Positions 29,985 to 39,653 of a DNA stretch of 64,000 nt are shown one piece after another. The notes beneath the pieces were generated by a model, which saw only the letters and a list, made by a program, of their open reading frames with translations, did not search any database and was not told the origin of the DNA. The DNA comes from Candidatus Krumholzibacteriia bacterium (GTDB lineage: Bacteria; Krumholzibacteriota; Krumholzibacteriia; JAJRXK01), in contig JBGPIA010000003.1 of assembly GCA_041484665.1 (NCBI GenBank), forward strand, positions 64,001-128,000, in the 5' to 3' direction. Position 1 is the stretch's first letter. Each line of letters begins with the position of its first letter. A program made the position numbers and the translations under genes.

Positions 29985-31094
29985 TCAGTCCTTCACGCGG
30001 GTCGGCACGAACGGGACCGCCGTGATCTCGGCTTGGTGCAACTTGCCGCGCACGTCCACCGAGAGCGGCGCTGCTGCGGGATCCCGCTCCAGGCGGGCCA
30101 GCGCGATGCCGCGCTGGAGGGTCGGGCTGAAGGTCCCGCTCGTCACGCGTCCGATGGGCTCCCCGCCGCAGTGCACCACCGCGCCCTGCCGAGCGATGGC
30201 ACGCTCTTGGAGCAGCAGGCCGATCGTGCGCGCAGCCACACCCTGCTGCTGGTGGCGCACAAGCGCGTCGCGCCCGATGAACGCGCGCCCCTCCAGCTTC
30301 ACCACCCAGCCAATCCCCGCCTCGAAAGGAGTGGTCTCCTCGTCGAGCTCGTGGCCATAGAGGCAGTAGCCCGCCTCCAAGCGCAGCGTGTCCCGCGCGC
30401 CCAGACCTACCGGCGCGAGCGCCTGCGCGCGCCCGGCCGCCACGAGCTCCTCCCAGAAGAGCAGCGCCTTGGCCGCAGGGGCGTAGAGCTCGTAGCCGCG
30501 CTCGCCCGTGTAGCCGGTCCGGCTGAGCAGGCAGCCGGCCCCATCCAGCGTCAGCGTGAAGGCGCGGTAGTATGCCAGCTCGCGCAGCTGCGCCAGGTGC
30601 TCGCGCAGGCGCGGCCAGGCCCCCATCACGGCGAGCGAACGCGGTCCCTGCACGGCGATCAGCGCCGTCGCATCGCTGTCGTCCTCGAGTTGCGCGCCGG
30701 GCGCGAGGTGGTCGCGCATCCAGGCCACGACCTTGTTACGGTTGCTGGCGTTGGCCACCACCAGGAAGCGCGCGTCGTCCAGGCAGTAGACGATCAGATC
30801 GTCGAGCACGGTCCCCCGCTCGTTGCACAACGCGGTGTAGACGGCCCGGCCGGGTGCGAGCGTAGCAATATTGTTGGTGACCAGGCGGTCGAGGGCGGCG
30901 CGGGCGCCGGCGCCCAGCAGGGCGATCTCGGCCATGTGGCTGATGTCGAAGATGCCGCAGGCCTGGCGCACGGCGCGGTGCTCGGCCATGACGCCCTCGT
31001 ACTGCACGGGCATCAGATAGCCCGCGAAATCCACCATCCTGCCGCCATGCTGCTCGTGCCACGCGGTGAGCGGGGTGCGTCGGAGCTCGGTCAT
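29985..31094 (-). CDS. gcvT: Glycine cleavage system aminomethyltransferase T
   Basis: MVDFAGY-MPVQY, FDISHM, SRTGYTGE-GYE, GLGARDTLRLEAG and VTSG-FSPTL. Confidence 0.96.
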   Translation of the reverse strand: MTELRRTPLTAWHEQHGGRMVDFAGYLMPVQYEGVMAEHRAVRQACGIFDISHMAEIALLGAGARAALDRLVTNNIATLAPGRAVYTALCNERGTVLDDLIVYCLDDARFLVVANASNRNKVVAWMRDHLAPGAQLEDDSDATALIAVQGPRSLAVMGAWPRLREHLAQLRELAYYRAFTLTLDGAGCLLSRTGYTGERGYELYAPAAKALLFWEELVAAGRAQALAPVGLGARDTLRLEAGYCLYGHELDEETTPFEAGIGWVVKLEGRAFIGRDALVRHQQQGVAARTIGLLLQERAIARQGAVVHCGGEPIGRVTSGTFSPTLQRGIALARLERDPAAAPLSVDVRGKLHQAEITAVPFVPTRVKD

Positions 31095-31104
31095 GGCCGT
31101 CCAC

Positions 31105-34035
31105 TCAGAGGCCCGGGCCCGCGGGCCGTAGGGCCGTACCAGCGAAGGTGCGGCGCAGCATGGCGCCGGTGTGAGATCGCGGACACTCTACGACCGCGCT
31201 CACGGGGCCGGCAACCACGATCTCCCCGCCGTCGGCGCCCCCCTCGGGGCCCAGATCGATCACGTGGTCGGCGGCCGCGATCATGTCGGGATGGTGCTCG
31301 ATCACCAGGACCGTGCTCCCCTTGTCCACCAGGCGTTGCAACACCGTGAGCAGCAGGTCCACGTCCTGGAAGTGCAGACCGGTGGTGGGCTCATCCAGCA
31401 AGTAGAGCGTGTCGGCGCCCGCGGGGCGGCTCAGCTCGCGAGCGAGCTTGATGCGCTGCGCTTCCCCCCCGCTGAGCGTGTCCGCCGGCTGCCCCAGCGC
31501 GAGATATCCCAGCCCTACGGCTTCCATCGTCTCGAGGATGCGGCGGATGGGCGGCACGTTCACCAGCACCTGCTTGGCCTCCTCCACGTTGTGCTCGAGC
31601 AGATCGGCGATCGAGCGGCCCTTCCAGGTCACCTCCAGCGTCTGCTGGTTGAAGCGCCGTCCCTTGCACGCGTCGCAGCGGACATGCACCTCGGGCAGGA
31701 AGTCCATGGCGAGCACGCGCACTCCGGCGCCGCGGCACGCCTCGCAGCGCCCGCCCTCGGTGTTGAAGCTGAAGCGCCCCGGTGTGAATCCGCGTGCCTT
31801 CGCCGAGGGAGTCGACGCCAGCAACTTGCGCAGGTGGAGGTACACGCCCGTAAACGTCGCCGGTGTGCTGCGCGAGGAGCGCCCGATCGCATGCTGGTCG
31901 ATGAGCACGACCTTGCTCAGGTGCGCCGTGCCCTCGATGCCCCGATGCGGGCCGGGCTCGGCGGCGGCGCGGTGGTACAGGCGCGCCAGCGCCCGATGGA
32001 GCACGTCGTGGATGGCAGTGCTCTTGCCCGAGCCGGAGACGCCGGTGACGGCCACCAGGCAACCCAGCGGGATCTCGAGGTCGATGTCCTTGAGGTTGCG
32101 CGCCGTGATCCCGCGCACCACCAGGCGGGGCCCGTGGGGCGTGCGGTGCGCGCCGCGGCCGGCGGACGGCCGCCGCGCGAGCCACTGCCCGGTCGGGCTG
32201 GCCGCGCTGGCCACGATCTGCGCCGGGGTTCCCTGCGCCACGAGGTAGCCGCCGTGCTCGCCGGCGCCGGGCCCCAGGTCCAGGACGTGGTCGGCCGCCT
32301 CGATGATATCGCGGTCGTGCTCGACCACCACCACGGTGTTCCCACGGTCACGCAGCCGCTGCAGCAGCCCGATCAGGCGGCCGGTGTCGCGCGCGTGCAA
32401 CCCGACGCTGGGCTCGTCCAGCACGTACAGGACGCCGGTCAGGCGGCTGCCCAGCTGGGTGGCCAGGCGGACGCGCTGGCCCTCCCCACCGCTGAGCGAA
32501 TCCGCCGCACGGTCGAGGCTGAGGTAGCCCAGCCCAGCCTCCACCAGGAACTCCACGCGCGTCAGGATCTCCGCGAGCAGCGGTGCGGCGATTCGCGCGG
32601 CCGCTCCGTCGAAGCGCAGCTCGCGTCCGCGCGCGGCCAGCGCGCAGAGGGGCAGCGCGCAGAGCGTCCCCAGGTCGAGCCCGTGCAGCCGTACCGCGAG
32701 AGCCTCCGGCCGCAGACGCATCCCGCGGCACGCCGCGCAGGCCTGCTGCTCCATGAACGACTCGCACCAGGCGCGGATGCTCGGGCTGCTGGTGGCCTCG
32801 GCGCGGCGCTCGATCATGGCGCGCAGCCCCTCGAAGTCGGTGAGGAACCGCTCGTGGCCGCGGGCGGCCAAGCGCAGCGCGGCGAACTCCGCCCCCTGCG
32901 TTCCGTCCAGCAGCGCGCGCGCCAGCGTGGGCGAGAGGTCGGTCACCGGCACGTCGAGCGACCCGCCCAGCGCGGCGACCAGGTGCTCGACCTGCTGCCA
33001 GGTGAAGCTCTGGGCGCGGCCGCGCAGCGGCGCGAGCGCTCCGGCGCGCAGCGAGAGCGACGGGTCGGGGATGAGCAGCGCGTCGCCCACGCGGCGCCGG
33101 CTGCCCAGGCCCCGGCAGTGCGGGCAGGCTCCCGCCGGGGAGTTGAAGCTGAACAGGCGCGGCTCGAGCGCGGGGCTCCCCTCGCCGCACGCAGGGCAAG
33201 CCAACTTCTCGCTGTACAGTCGCTCCTCGCCGCTGTCCGCCTGTACCAGCATGCGCCCCTCGCCCAGGGCCAGCGACAGCTCCACGCTGGCCTGTAGGCG
33301 CTGCATCGACGCGTTACCGCTCACCAGCCGGTCCACCACCACGTCCAGGTCGTGGCGTGCGCCTTTCTCAAGCGCCTCGAGCGCGCCCAGCTCCTGCAGT
33401 TGTCCGTCCACGCGCACGCGGAGCAGCCCGCGGCGGCGCAGGTCCGTCAGCAGTTTGCGCTGCTCGCCGCGCCGCCCCCGCACCACCGGCGCCAGCAGCG
33501 TCAGCTTGGTCCCGGGCGCCAGCGACTGCAGGTCCTCGAGAATGTTGGCCGGATGGCTCGTGCGCATCGCTACGCCGCAACGCGGGCAGGAGGGCTCGCC
33601 CAGCCGCGCGTAGAGCAGCCGCAGGAACGGGAGGATCTCGGTGACCGTGCCCACGGTGCTGCGGGGGTTGCCCTGCAGGCCACGCTGCTCGATGGCCAAG
33701 GCGGGGCTGAGGCCCTCCACGCGGTCGACGTCGGGCTTGGGCACCTGCTCGAGGAATTGGCGAGCGTATGCCGAGAGGCTCTCTAGATAGCGGCGCTGCC
33801 CCTCGGCATACAGCGTGTCGAAGGCCAGGCTGCTCTTGCCCGAACCACTGGGACCGGTGACGACCACCAGACGGTGCCGGGGGATGCGCAGGGTGAGGTT
33901 CTTGAGGTTGTTCTGGCGGGCACCGCGCAGGACGATGGCGTCGGCCGTCGCGGCTCGCCCAGGCGGCACCGCAAAGGCGCCCGGAGCCGTGCCGGAGCCG
34001 GGGTCGTGCGCGTGTGCGGCGAGTGGGAGGGTCAT
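31105..34035 (-). CDS. uvrA: Excinuclease ABC subunit A
   Basis: [32 protein letters not shown], two ABC domains, [12 protein letters not shown] and CxxC zinc motifs. Confidence 0.96.
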   Translation of the reverse strand: [976 protein letters not shown]

Positions 34036-34039
34036 GGCC

Positions 34040-37000
34040 TCAGGACCGCGCTGCGCGCGACCCGGCCAGATGGTCGAGGCGCTTCTTCGCCTCGGACCCC
34101 CACTGGCTCTGTGCTCCCTGTGCCTGGAGCACTTTCTCGTAGAGCGAGCGCGCGGCGTCGGCGCGCCCCATGCGCTCGTACACGTCTCCGGCGCGCAGCT
34201 GCGCGGTGACCGCCAGCTCGGTCATCGACGCGTACAGGTACGGGATCTTGAGGAATCCGGCTGCCGACTCCTCCAACCGGCCAAGCTGTTGCAACGAGTC
34301 GGCGATCCAGAACTGCGCGAAGGCCTGCCCTTCCTCGTCGAGCAGCGGCAGCACCTTCTGGTACGCGCCAAGCGCGATCTCGTACTGCCCCATCTCGTGG
34401 TGGCAATAGGCGATCTGCACCAGCACGTCCTGCGCTTGCGGGTAGTCGGGATACCGTTCCAGCAGCGCGTGGTACACCGCGAGGGCCTGCTCGAATTGGC
34501 CCAGCTGGCGCAACGCGGTGGCCTCCCCGCGCATGGCCTCGGGCGCCAGCGCGTGGTCGGGGTGCCCCTCCGCCAGTCGCGCGAAGGCGTCTTTGGCCTG
34601 GGCGTGGTCGCCGGCGTCGGCGGAGATGACCCCGACCTTGAAGAGCGCCTGCGCGGCCCACTCGCCGCCGGGATCGCGGCGGACCGCCTCGCGGAACTCG
34701 GGCAGGGCATCCTGCAGCTTGCCACCCTTCGCCAGCAGCAGCCCCTGCGCGTAGGCGGCGCGGGCGCGCAGGTCGGCCGAGCCTGCGGCCAGCCCAGCCG
34801 CCTGGTATTGCTGCTGCGCGTCCTGCCCCTGCCCTTGCCCTGCCAGCGCGTCGGCGTAGTCCAGCCGCGCGCGCGTCAGCAGGTCGCCGGCGTCGGGGTA
34901 CCCGTCGGACAGCCGCTGCAGGTCGGCGCGAGCCCCCGCCACGTCGCCGGCCGCCGCCCGAGCCCGCGCGCGCAGCGCGACCGCCTTGCCGCTCGGGGTG
35001 GCGGCAGCGGGCGCCGCGCGATCCACCCAGACCAGCGCCTCGCGCGGCCGCCCCAGCGTGAGCTCCAGCTCGGCGATGCGCAGCGCCGCGTCCGACTCGG
35101 TCGCCAGCTGCGCGTCGACATCGACCAGCCGCACCAACGCGTCGCGTGCGGCCGCCGGGCGCCCACCCGACTCCTCCAGACCGGCGATCTTCAACAGGCT
35201 GCGGCCGACGTAACGGCTGCCTGCCGGTCCTTCGGCCAGGGAATGGAAGCGCACGAGCGCCGCCTCGTTCGTTCCCAGACGCGCCAGCGTGGTGCCCAGG
35301 CGGTAGCTCGCGTCGTCTGTGTAGACGCCGTCGGGGTAACGCTCCAGGAGCTGTTGGTAATGGTCGGCAGCCTTCTGGGCGTCGCCCGAGAACAGGGCGC
35401 AATCGCCGGCCAGCAGCAGCGCGCGCTGCCCGCGCTGGCTGTCCGGATAGGCGCCCGCGTACGTGAGGTAGAGCTCCTCGGCCTGCGCGTAGCGCTTGGC
35501 GGCGCGGTGGACCTCGGCCAGCGCGTAGCGCGCGGCCACCGCCACCTCCTCCGATCCGGCACGCTCCAAGACCTGGCGGAGTTGCTCGGCCGCGCCGGCG
35601 CCATCCTCCGCCTGCAGCAGCAGCTGGCCGAGGGTGTACCGCAATGCCAGCTCGCGGGTCGGCGACGGAGCGAGCTTGAGGGCCGCCTGCGCCCGGGCGA
35701 TGCGGGCCTGCACGGGCTCGCTCGAAGCCAGCTCGCTCAGTCGCCACAACAGCCAGGCCCGGTCGTCGCGCTCGGTGGTGGACTCGAGCGCGGCGGCCAT
35801 GCGGGTGGCGAGATCGCCCAACGCCCGAGCATTCAGGTCCAGCTCCTCCAGCGGCCCCACACCGCCCAACAGCGGTGAGTCCTGGCTGTCGAACAGCGCC
35901 GGCGTGTCCGGCAACGCGGCGCGCGCGAGGTCCAGGCGCAGCAACGCGAGTTGCGCCCGCGACCTCTGCCTGGGAGCGTCGGTGCGCTGCGCAGCGTCGG
36001 CATAGGCCGCGCGCGCGGCGGCGAGCTGTTGGCGCATGGCCGCCATCTCCTGCCGTAGGGCAGCGTCCACGGCCAGCGCCTCGTAGGCCAAACCGCTCTC
36101 CACCTGCGCCTGCGCGCGCTGCTCCGGGTTCGCTGCCGCCCGAGCGGCGCTGGCGAAGCGCTCCAGAGCAGCCTGGGGATCGCCGAGGCGGTCACGCACG
36201 AGCGCGCCCGCGGTCAGCGCCATCGCGGCCGGGTCGAGATCGGTGCGCGAGGTGAGCGCTGCGAGCTCGCGCGCCGCCGTCTCGGGGTCCTTGGCCAGGC
36301 GTCGCTGCAGCCGGCGCACGAGTGCGCGCGCCTCGGCCGCCTGCGACGAGACGGGATGCTCCTGCAGGAGCCGTCCACCGACGGCCAGCGCGGCGCGGTC
36401 GTCCCCCTTGCGCGCCAGATGGTCCATGCCGCGCAGCAACGCCTCGGCTTGCAACGCCGCCGGCGCGTCCGTCGCCGCAGCGGCCAGGCAGAGGTCCGCC
36501 GCGAGCGCACGACGGCCGAGCAGGTCCCCGGTGATGCGAGCCGCCTCCATCAAGGCGTGCGCCTTGTCCGCGGGTTGCGGCGCGTGCCGCTGCGCCTCCT
36601 GCCAGGCCGTTACCGCTCCCTCCAGGTTGCCCTCCTGTTCGCGCAGCCCCGCCAGAATCGAGCAGGCTTCGTAGGCGACCGGCGGACCGGCCTTGTCGGC
36701 CAGCGTCTGCAGGCTGTCCTGCGCCGCACGCGGAGCGTCGCCGGCGGCCACTTGCGCCAGCACCAGGCGCGCGCGCTCGGCCTGCGCCGCGGGCGGAGCC
36801 TTCTGCAGCAGCGCTCGCGCCGCTGCGCCTGCGTCGTCCCAGCGCCCGGCGCGCATGTCGCACAGCGCGAGGCCCAGCAGCCCTTCCTGTGTCTGCTCGG
36901 GAGTGCCCCCGCCGCTGGCCGCCTCCCGGTAATGCGCCGCCGCGTCGGCGTACTTGCGGGCGTCCTCATCCAGGCGGCCCAGCCCCAGGTGTGCGCGCCC

Positions 37001-37909
37001 GCGCACGAACGGGTCGGTGTACTGCGTCAGCACGCGCTGGTAGCGCTCGCGCGAGGCGGCCGGGCTCTCCCCGGCCGCGGAGAGCTCGGCCGCGCGGAGC
37101 AAACCCAGCGCTCCGGCAGGCTCGGCGGGGTAGCGTGCGCTGATGGCGTCGAACTGCGCGACGGCGAGCGAGTCTTCGCCGGCCTGCTGGTGGAGCATCC
37201 CGAGGCCGAACATCGCGCGCGCAGCGATGGGCGGATCGGCGCGCCCGCCGATCAGGAAGCGGAACAGCCGCGCGGCTTCGGCGCGCTGCTGCAGTGCCAG
37301 CAACGCCTCGGCCAGGCCCAGGCGAGCGCGGTCGGACTGGTCGCTGGCCGTATACGACGACAGCAGCGTCTCGTAGGTCGAGGCGGCCTCCCCCCAGCGC
37401 TGCTGCGCGGTCAGCAAGTCGGCTCTGCGCAGCAGCGCGGCCGGCGCGGCAGCGCTGCTGGGGAAGCGCTCCAGCAGGCGGTCGTAGCTCTCCAGCGCCC
37501 CCGCCGCGTTGCCCAGCGCGTCGAATGCGCCGCCCGCTTGCAGCAGGGCGTCGGCCGCGCGCGGATCGTCGGGATAGCTGGCGGCGAAGGCCTGCAGCTG
37601 GCGCGCGGCGATGTCCTGCATGCCGTCAGCTAGCAGCTTCCCGATGAACTTCCAGTCGCGGTCGGCGCCCGCGGGGTCGGGACGAGGAGCCGGTACGGCG
37701 GGCGCCGGCACGTCTGAAGGCGGAGTGGCTGCACCCGGTGTGGAGGGAGGCGATGCTGGCACCGCGGCCGGCGGAGATGATGTGGCCAAAGCGGCGGGAG
37801 GCGATGCGACGGCGACGCGAGAGGCCCACGCCAGTGCGGTGAGCACGGCGAGCACCGTCCGCGCTCCACCCGCGGCGGCGTGCTTGCGATGAGACGCCCT
37901 GCTGGCCAT
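34040..37909 (-). CDS. Giant secreted tetratricopeptide-repeat protein (~1290 aa)
   Basis: Signal peptide, Pro/Ala linker, then many TPR units with the CpoB/BamD-like 'LL-RYP-S' pattern; F-KIPYLY near the C-terminus. Confidence 0.8.
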   Translation of the reverse strand: MASRASHRKHAAAGGARTVLAVLTALAWASRVAVASPPAALATSSPPAAVPASPPSTPGAATPPSDVPAPAVPAPRPDPAGADRDWKFIGKLLADGMQDIAARQLQAFAASYPDDPRAADALLQAGGAFDALGNAAGALESYDRLLERFPSSAAAPAALLRRADLLTAQQRWGEAASTYETLLSSYTASDQSDRARLGLAEALLALQQRAEAARLFRFLIGGRADPPIAARAMFGLGMLHQQAGEDSLAVAQFDAISARYPAEPAGALGLLRAAELSAAGESPAASRERYQRVLTQYTDPFVRGRAHLGLGRLDEDARKYADAAAHYREAASGGGTPEQTQEGLLGLALCDMRAGRWDDAGAAARALLQKAPPAAQAERARLVLAQVAAGDAPRAAQDSLQTLADKAGPPVAYEACSILAGLREQEGNLEGAVTAWQEAQRHAPQPADKAHALMEAARITGDLLGRRALAADLCLAAAATDAPAALQAEALLRGMDHLARKGDDRAALAVGGRLLQEHPVSSQAAEARALVRRLQRRLAKDPETAARELAALTSRTDLDPAAMALTAGALVRDRLGDPQAALERFASAARAAANPEQRAQAQVESGLAYEALAVDAALRQEMAAMRQQLAAARAAYADAAQRTDAPRQRSRAQLALLRLDLARAALPDTPALFDSQDSPLLGGVGPLEELDLNARALGDLATRMAAALESTTERDDRAWLLWRLSELASSEPVQARIARAQAALKLAPSPTRELALRYTLGQLLLQAEDGAGAAEQLRQVLERAGSEEVAVAARYALAEVHRAAKRYAQAEELYLTYAGAYPDSQRGQRALLLAGDCALFSGDAQKAADHYQQLLERYPDGVYTDDASYRLGTTLARLGTNEAALVRFHSLAEGPAGSRYVGRSLLKIAGLEESGGRPAAARDALVRLVDVDAQLATESDAALRIAELELTLGRPREALVWVDRAAPAAATPSGKAVALRARARAAAGDVAGARADLQRLSDGYPDAGDLLTRARLDYADALAGQGQGQDAQQQYQAAGLAAGSADLRARAAYAQGLLLAKGGKLQDALPEFREAVRRDPGGEWAAQALFKVGVISADAGDHAQAKDAFARLAEGHPDHALAPEAMRGEATALRQLGQFEQALAVYHALLERYPDYPQAQDVLVQIAYCHHEMGQYEIALGAYQKVLPLLDEEGQAFAQFWIADSLQQLGRLEESAAGFLKIPYLYASMTELAVTAQLRAGDVYERMGRADAARSLYEKVLQAQGAQSQWGSEAKKRLDHLAGSRAARS

Positions 37910-37952
37910 GCCGGCGCTCTCCCTCACCGCCTCGCCGAGCGGTCGCGGCCGC

Positions 37953-39251
37953 TCAGGGATACAAGCGGTGGATCTGGCGCGGGAACGGGATCGTCTCCCG
38001 CAGATGGTGGATCCCCGCGATCCAAGTCACCAGGCGCTCCAGGCCCATCCCGAACCCGGCGTGTTGGAACGTCCCGTAGCGGCGCAGGTCGAGGTACCAC
38101 TCGAACGCCTGCCGCGGCAGCCCTTCCTCGGCGATCTTTCCCTCAAGGTAGGATAGATCGGGGCAGCGCTCCCCGCCGCCGATGATCTCCCCGTAGCCCT
38201 CGGGCGCGAGGCAGTCCACCGACAGGCACACCCGCGGGTTGTCTGGGTCGCGAGCCATGTAGAACGCCTTGATCTGGGTGGGGTAGCGATGCACGAAGAG
38301 CGGCCGGTCGAATTGCTCGGCCAGCTGCGTCTCGTCCGGCGCGCCGAAGTCGCCACCCCACGGGAACGGGTTGCCCCCCGCGTTGAGGCGCGCGACCGCC
38401 TCGTCGTACGACAGGCGCGGGAACGGAGGCTGCACCGCCTCGAGCTTGGCGAGGTCCCGCTCGAGCACGTCCTTGAGCAGTTCGCCGCGCTCACGCAGCG
38501 CCCGGCCCACCACGTGCACGACCATGCGCTCCGCCAGGGCGATGATATCGTCGAGCCCCGCGAACGCGACCTCGGGCTCGACCATCCAGAATTCGGTAAG
38601 GTGCCGGCGGGTCTTGCTCTTCTCCGCGCGGAACACGGGGCCGAAGCAGTAGGCCTTGCCGACGGCGGCGGCCGCAGCCTCCATGTAAAGCTGCCCGCTC
38701 TGGGTGAGGTAGGCCTTGCTGCCGAAGTACTCCGTCTCGAACAGCGTCGTGGTCCCCTCGCAGGCGTTGGGGGTGAAAATCGGCGCGTCGACCTGGGTGA
38801 ACCCCTCGCCGTCGAAGAAATCACACACGGCCCGCTTGACGGTGTGGCGCAGCTGCAGCAGCGCGTGCTGCTTGCTGCTGCGCAACCATAGGTGCCGGTT
38901 GTCCATCAGGAAGTCGGGCCCGTGCTCCTTGGGCGAGATCGGGAAGTCCTGGCTCGCACCCAGCACGTTCAGGCCGCAGGCGAGCAGCTCGTAGCCCCCG
39001 GGCGCGCGTCGCTCGGCGCGCACCGTGCCCTGCACCTCCAGGGAAGTCTCCTGCGTGAGCTCCGTTGCGGCCTCGAACTCGCCCGGCGGCAGGTCCTGCT
39101 GCCCGAACACCACCTGGCAAACGCCCGTGCCGTCACGCAGCACGAGGAACACCAGCTTCTTCATGGACCGGTGGTGGTGCACCCATCCGCGCAGGCGCAC
39201 CTGCTGCCCGTCGTGGCCCGCGATGTCGCGGATCCAGATCGCTTCGCCCAT
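37953..39251 (-). CDS. asnS: Asparagine--tRNA ligase
   Basis: OB-fold RGWV..LRDGTG, RHLWLRS, ACEGTT, YLTQSGQLY, FRAEKSKTRRHLTEFWM, EIIGGG-R and GFGMGLER. True start ATG 39251. Confidence 0.96.
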   Translation of the reverse strand: MGEAIWIRDIAGHDGQQVRLRGWVHHHRSMKKLVFLVLRDGTGVCQVVFGQQDLPPGEFEAATELTQETSLEVQGTVRAERRAPGGYELLACGLNVLGASQDFPISPKEHGPDFLMDNRHLWLRSSKQHALLQLRHTVKRAVCDFFDGEGFTQVDAPIFTPNACEGTTTLFETEYFGSKAYLTQSGQLYMEAAAAAVGKAYCFGPVFRAEKSKTRRHLTEFWMVEPEVAFAGLDDIIALAERMVVHVVGRALRERGELLKDVLERDLAKLEAVQPPFPRLSYDEAVARLNAGGNPFPWGGDFGAPDETQLAEQFDRPLFVHRYPTQIKAFYMARDPDNPRVCLSVDCLAPEGYGEIIGGGERCPDLSYLEGKIAEEGLPRQAFEWYLDLRRYGTFQHAGFGMGLERLVTWIAGIHHLRETIPFPRQIHRLYP

Positions 39252-39367
39252 GGCGACTCCAGCCTTTCGGCGCGCGCGCCGCCGCACGGCGCCGGCGCGG
39301 CGCACGTGCGGCCCGCTCCCGCCTCCCCTGGTGGCCGGCGGTGCGCGGCCGCGTGGGGAAGTCTTCC

Positions 39368-39396
39368 AGTGTAGGTGAGCCCCCTGCGGCTGACAA
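39368..39396 (-). promoter_or_regulatory. sigma70-type promoter for asnS
   Basis: Minus strand TTGTCA-N17-TACACT. Confidence 0.7.
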
Positions 39397-39653
39397 TGCT
39401 GCGAGCCGCGCGCCCCGTGGCCCCGCCGCATGCCGCACGGGACGCGGGCGGATCCGGGAGGGGGTCTGCTCTCTCCCGGACGCGAACGCCGGTGAGGAAG
39501 GCAAGGGCGCGGCAACGGCCGCAGCGGTGGGAAAAAGACGCCGGGTAGCGCCGGACCCGCGGGCACGATCCTTGCCGTCGCGCAGCGTGGGCGCGCTACG
39601 CGCCGCCGGATGGCCGCTTGCGCCCGCATTTCCATCCACCTGGCCGGGGGCCC

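Noticed and set aside
31171..33297. Long antisense or alternate-frame ORFs (also 54098-56116, 46980-49358, 56745-58544, 19144-20925, 27606-29567 and others)
   Set aside because: They shadow well-supported genes, have Arg/Ala/Gly-rich composition without motifs, and are expected from stop-codon scarcity in high-GC DNA.
39252..39367. T-box leader for asnS
   Set aside because: Leader is only ~110 nt and lacks the UGGNACC T-box sequence.
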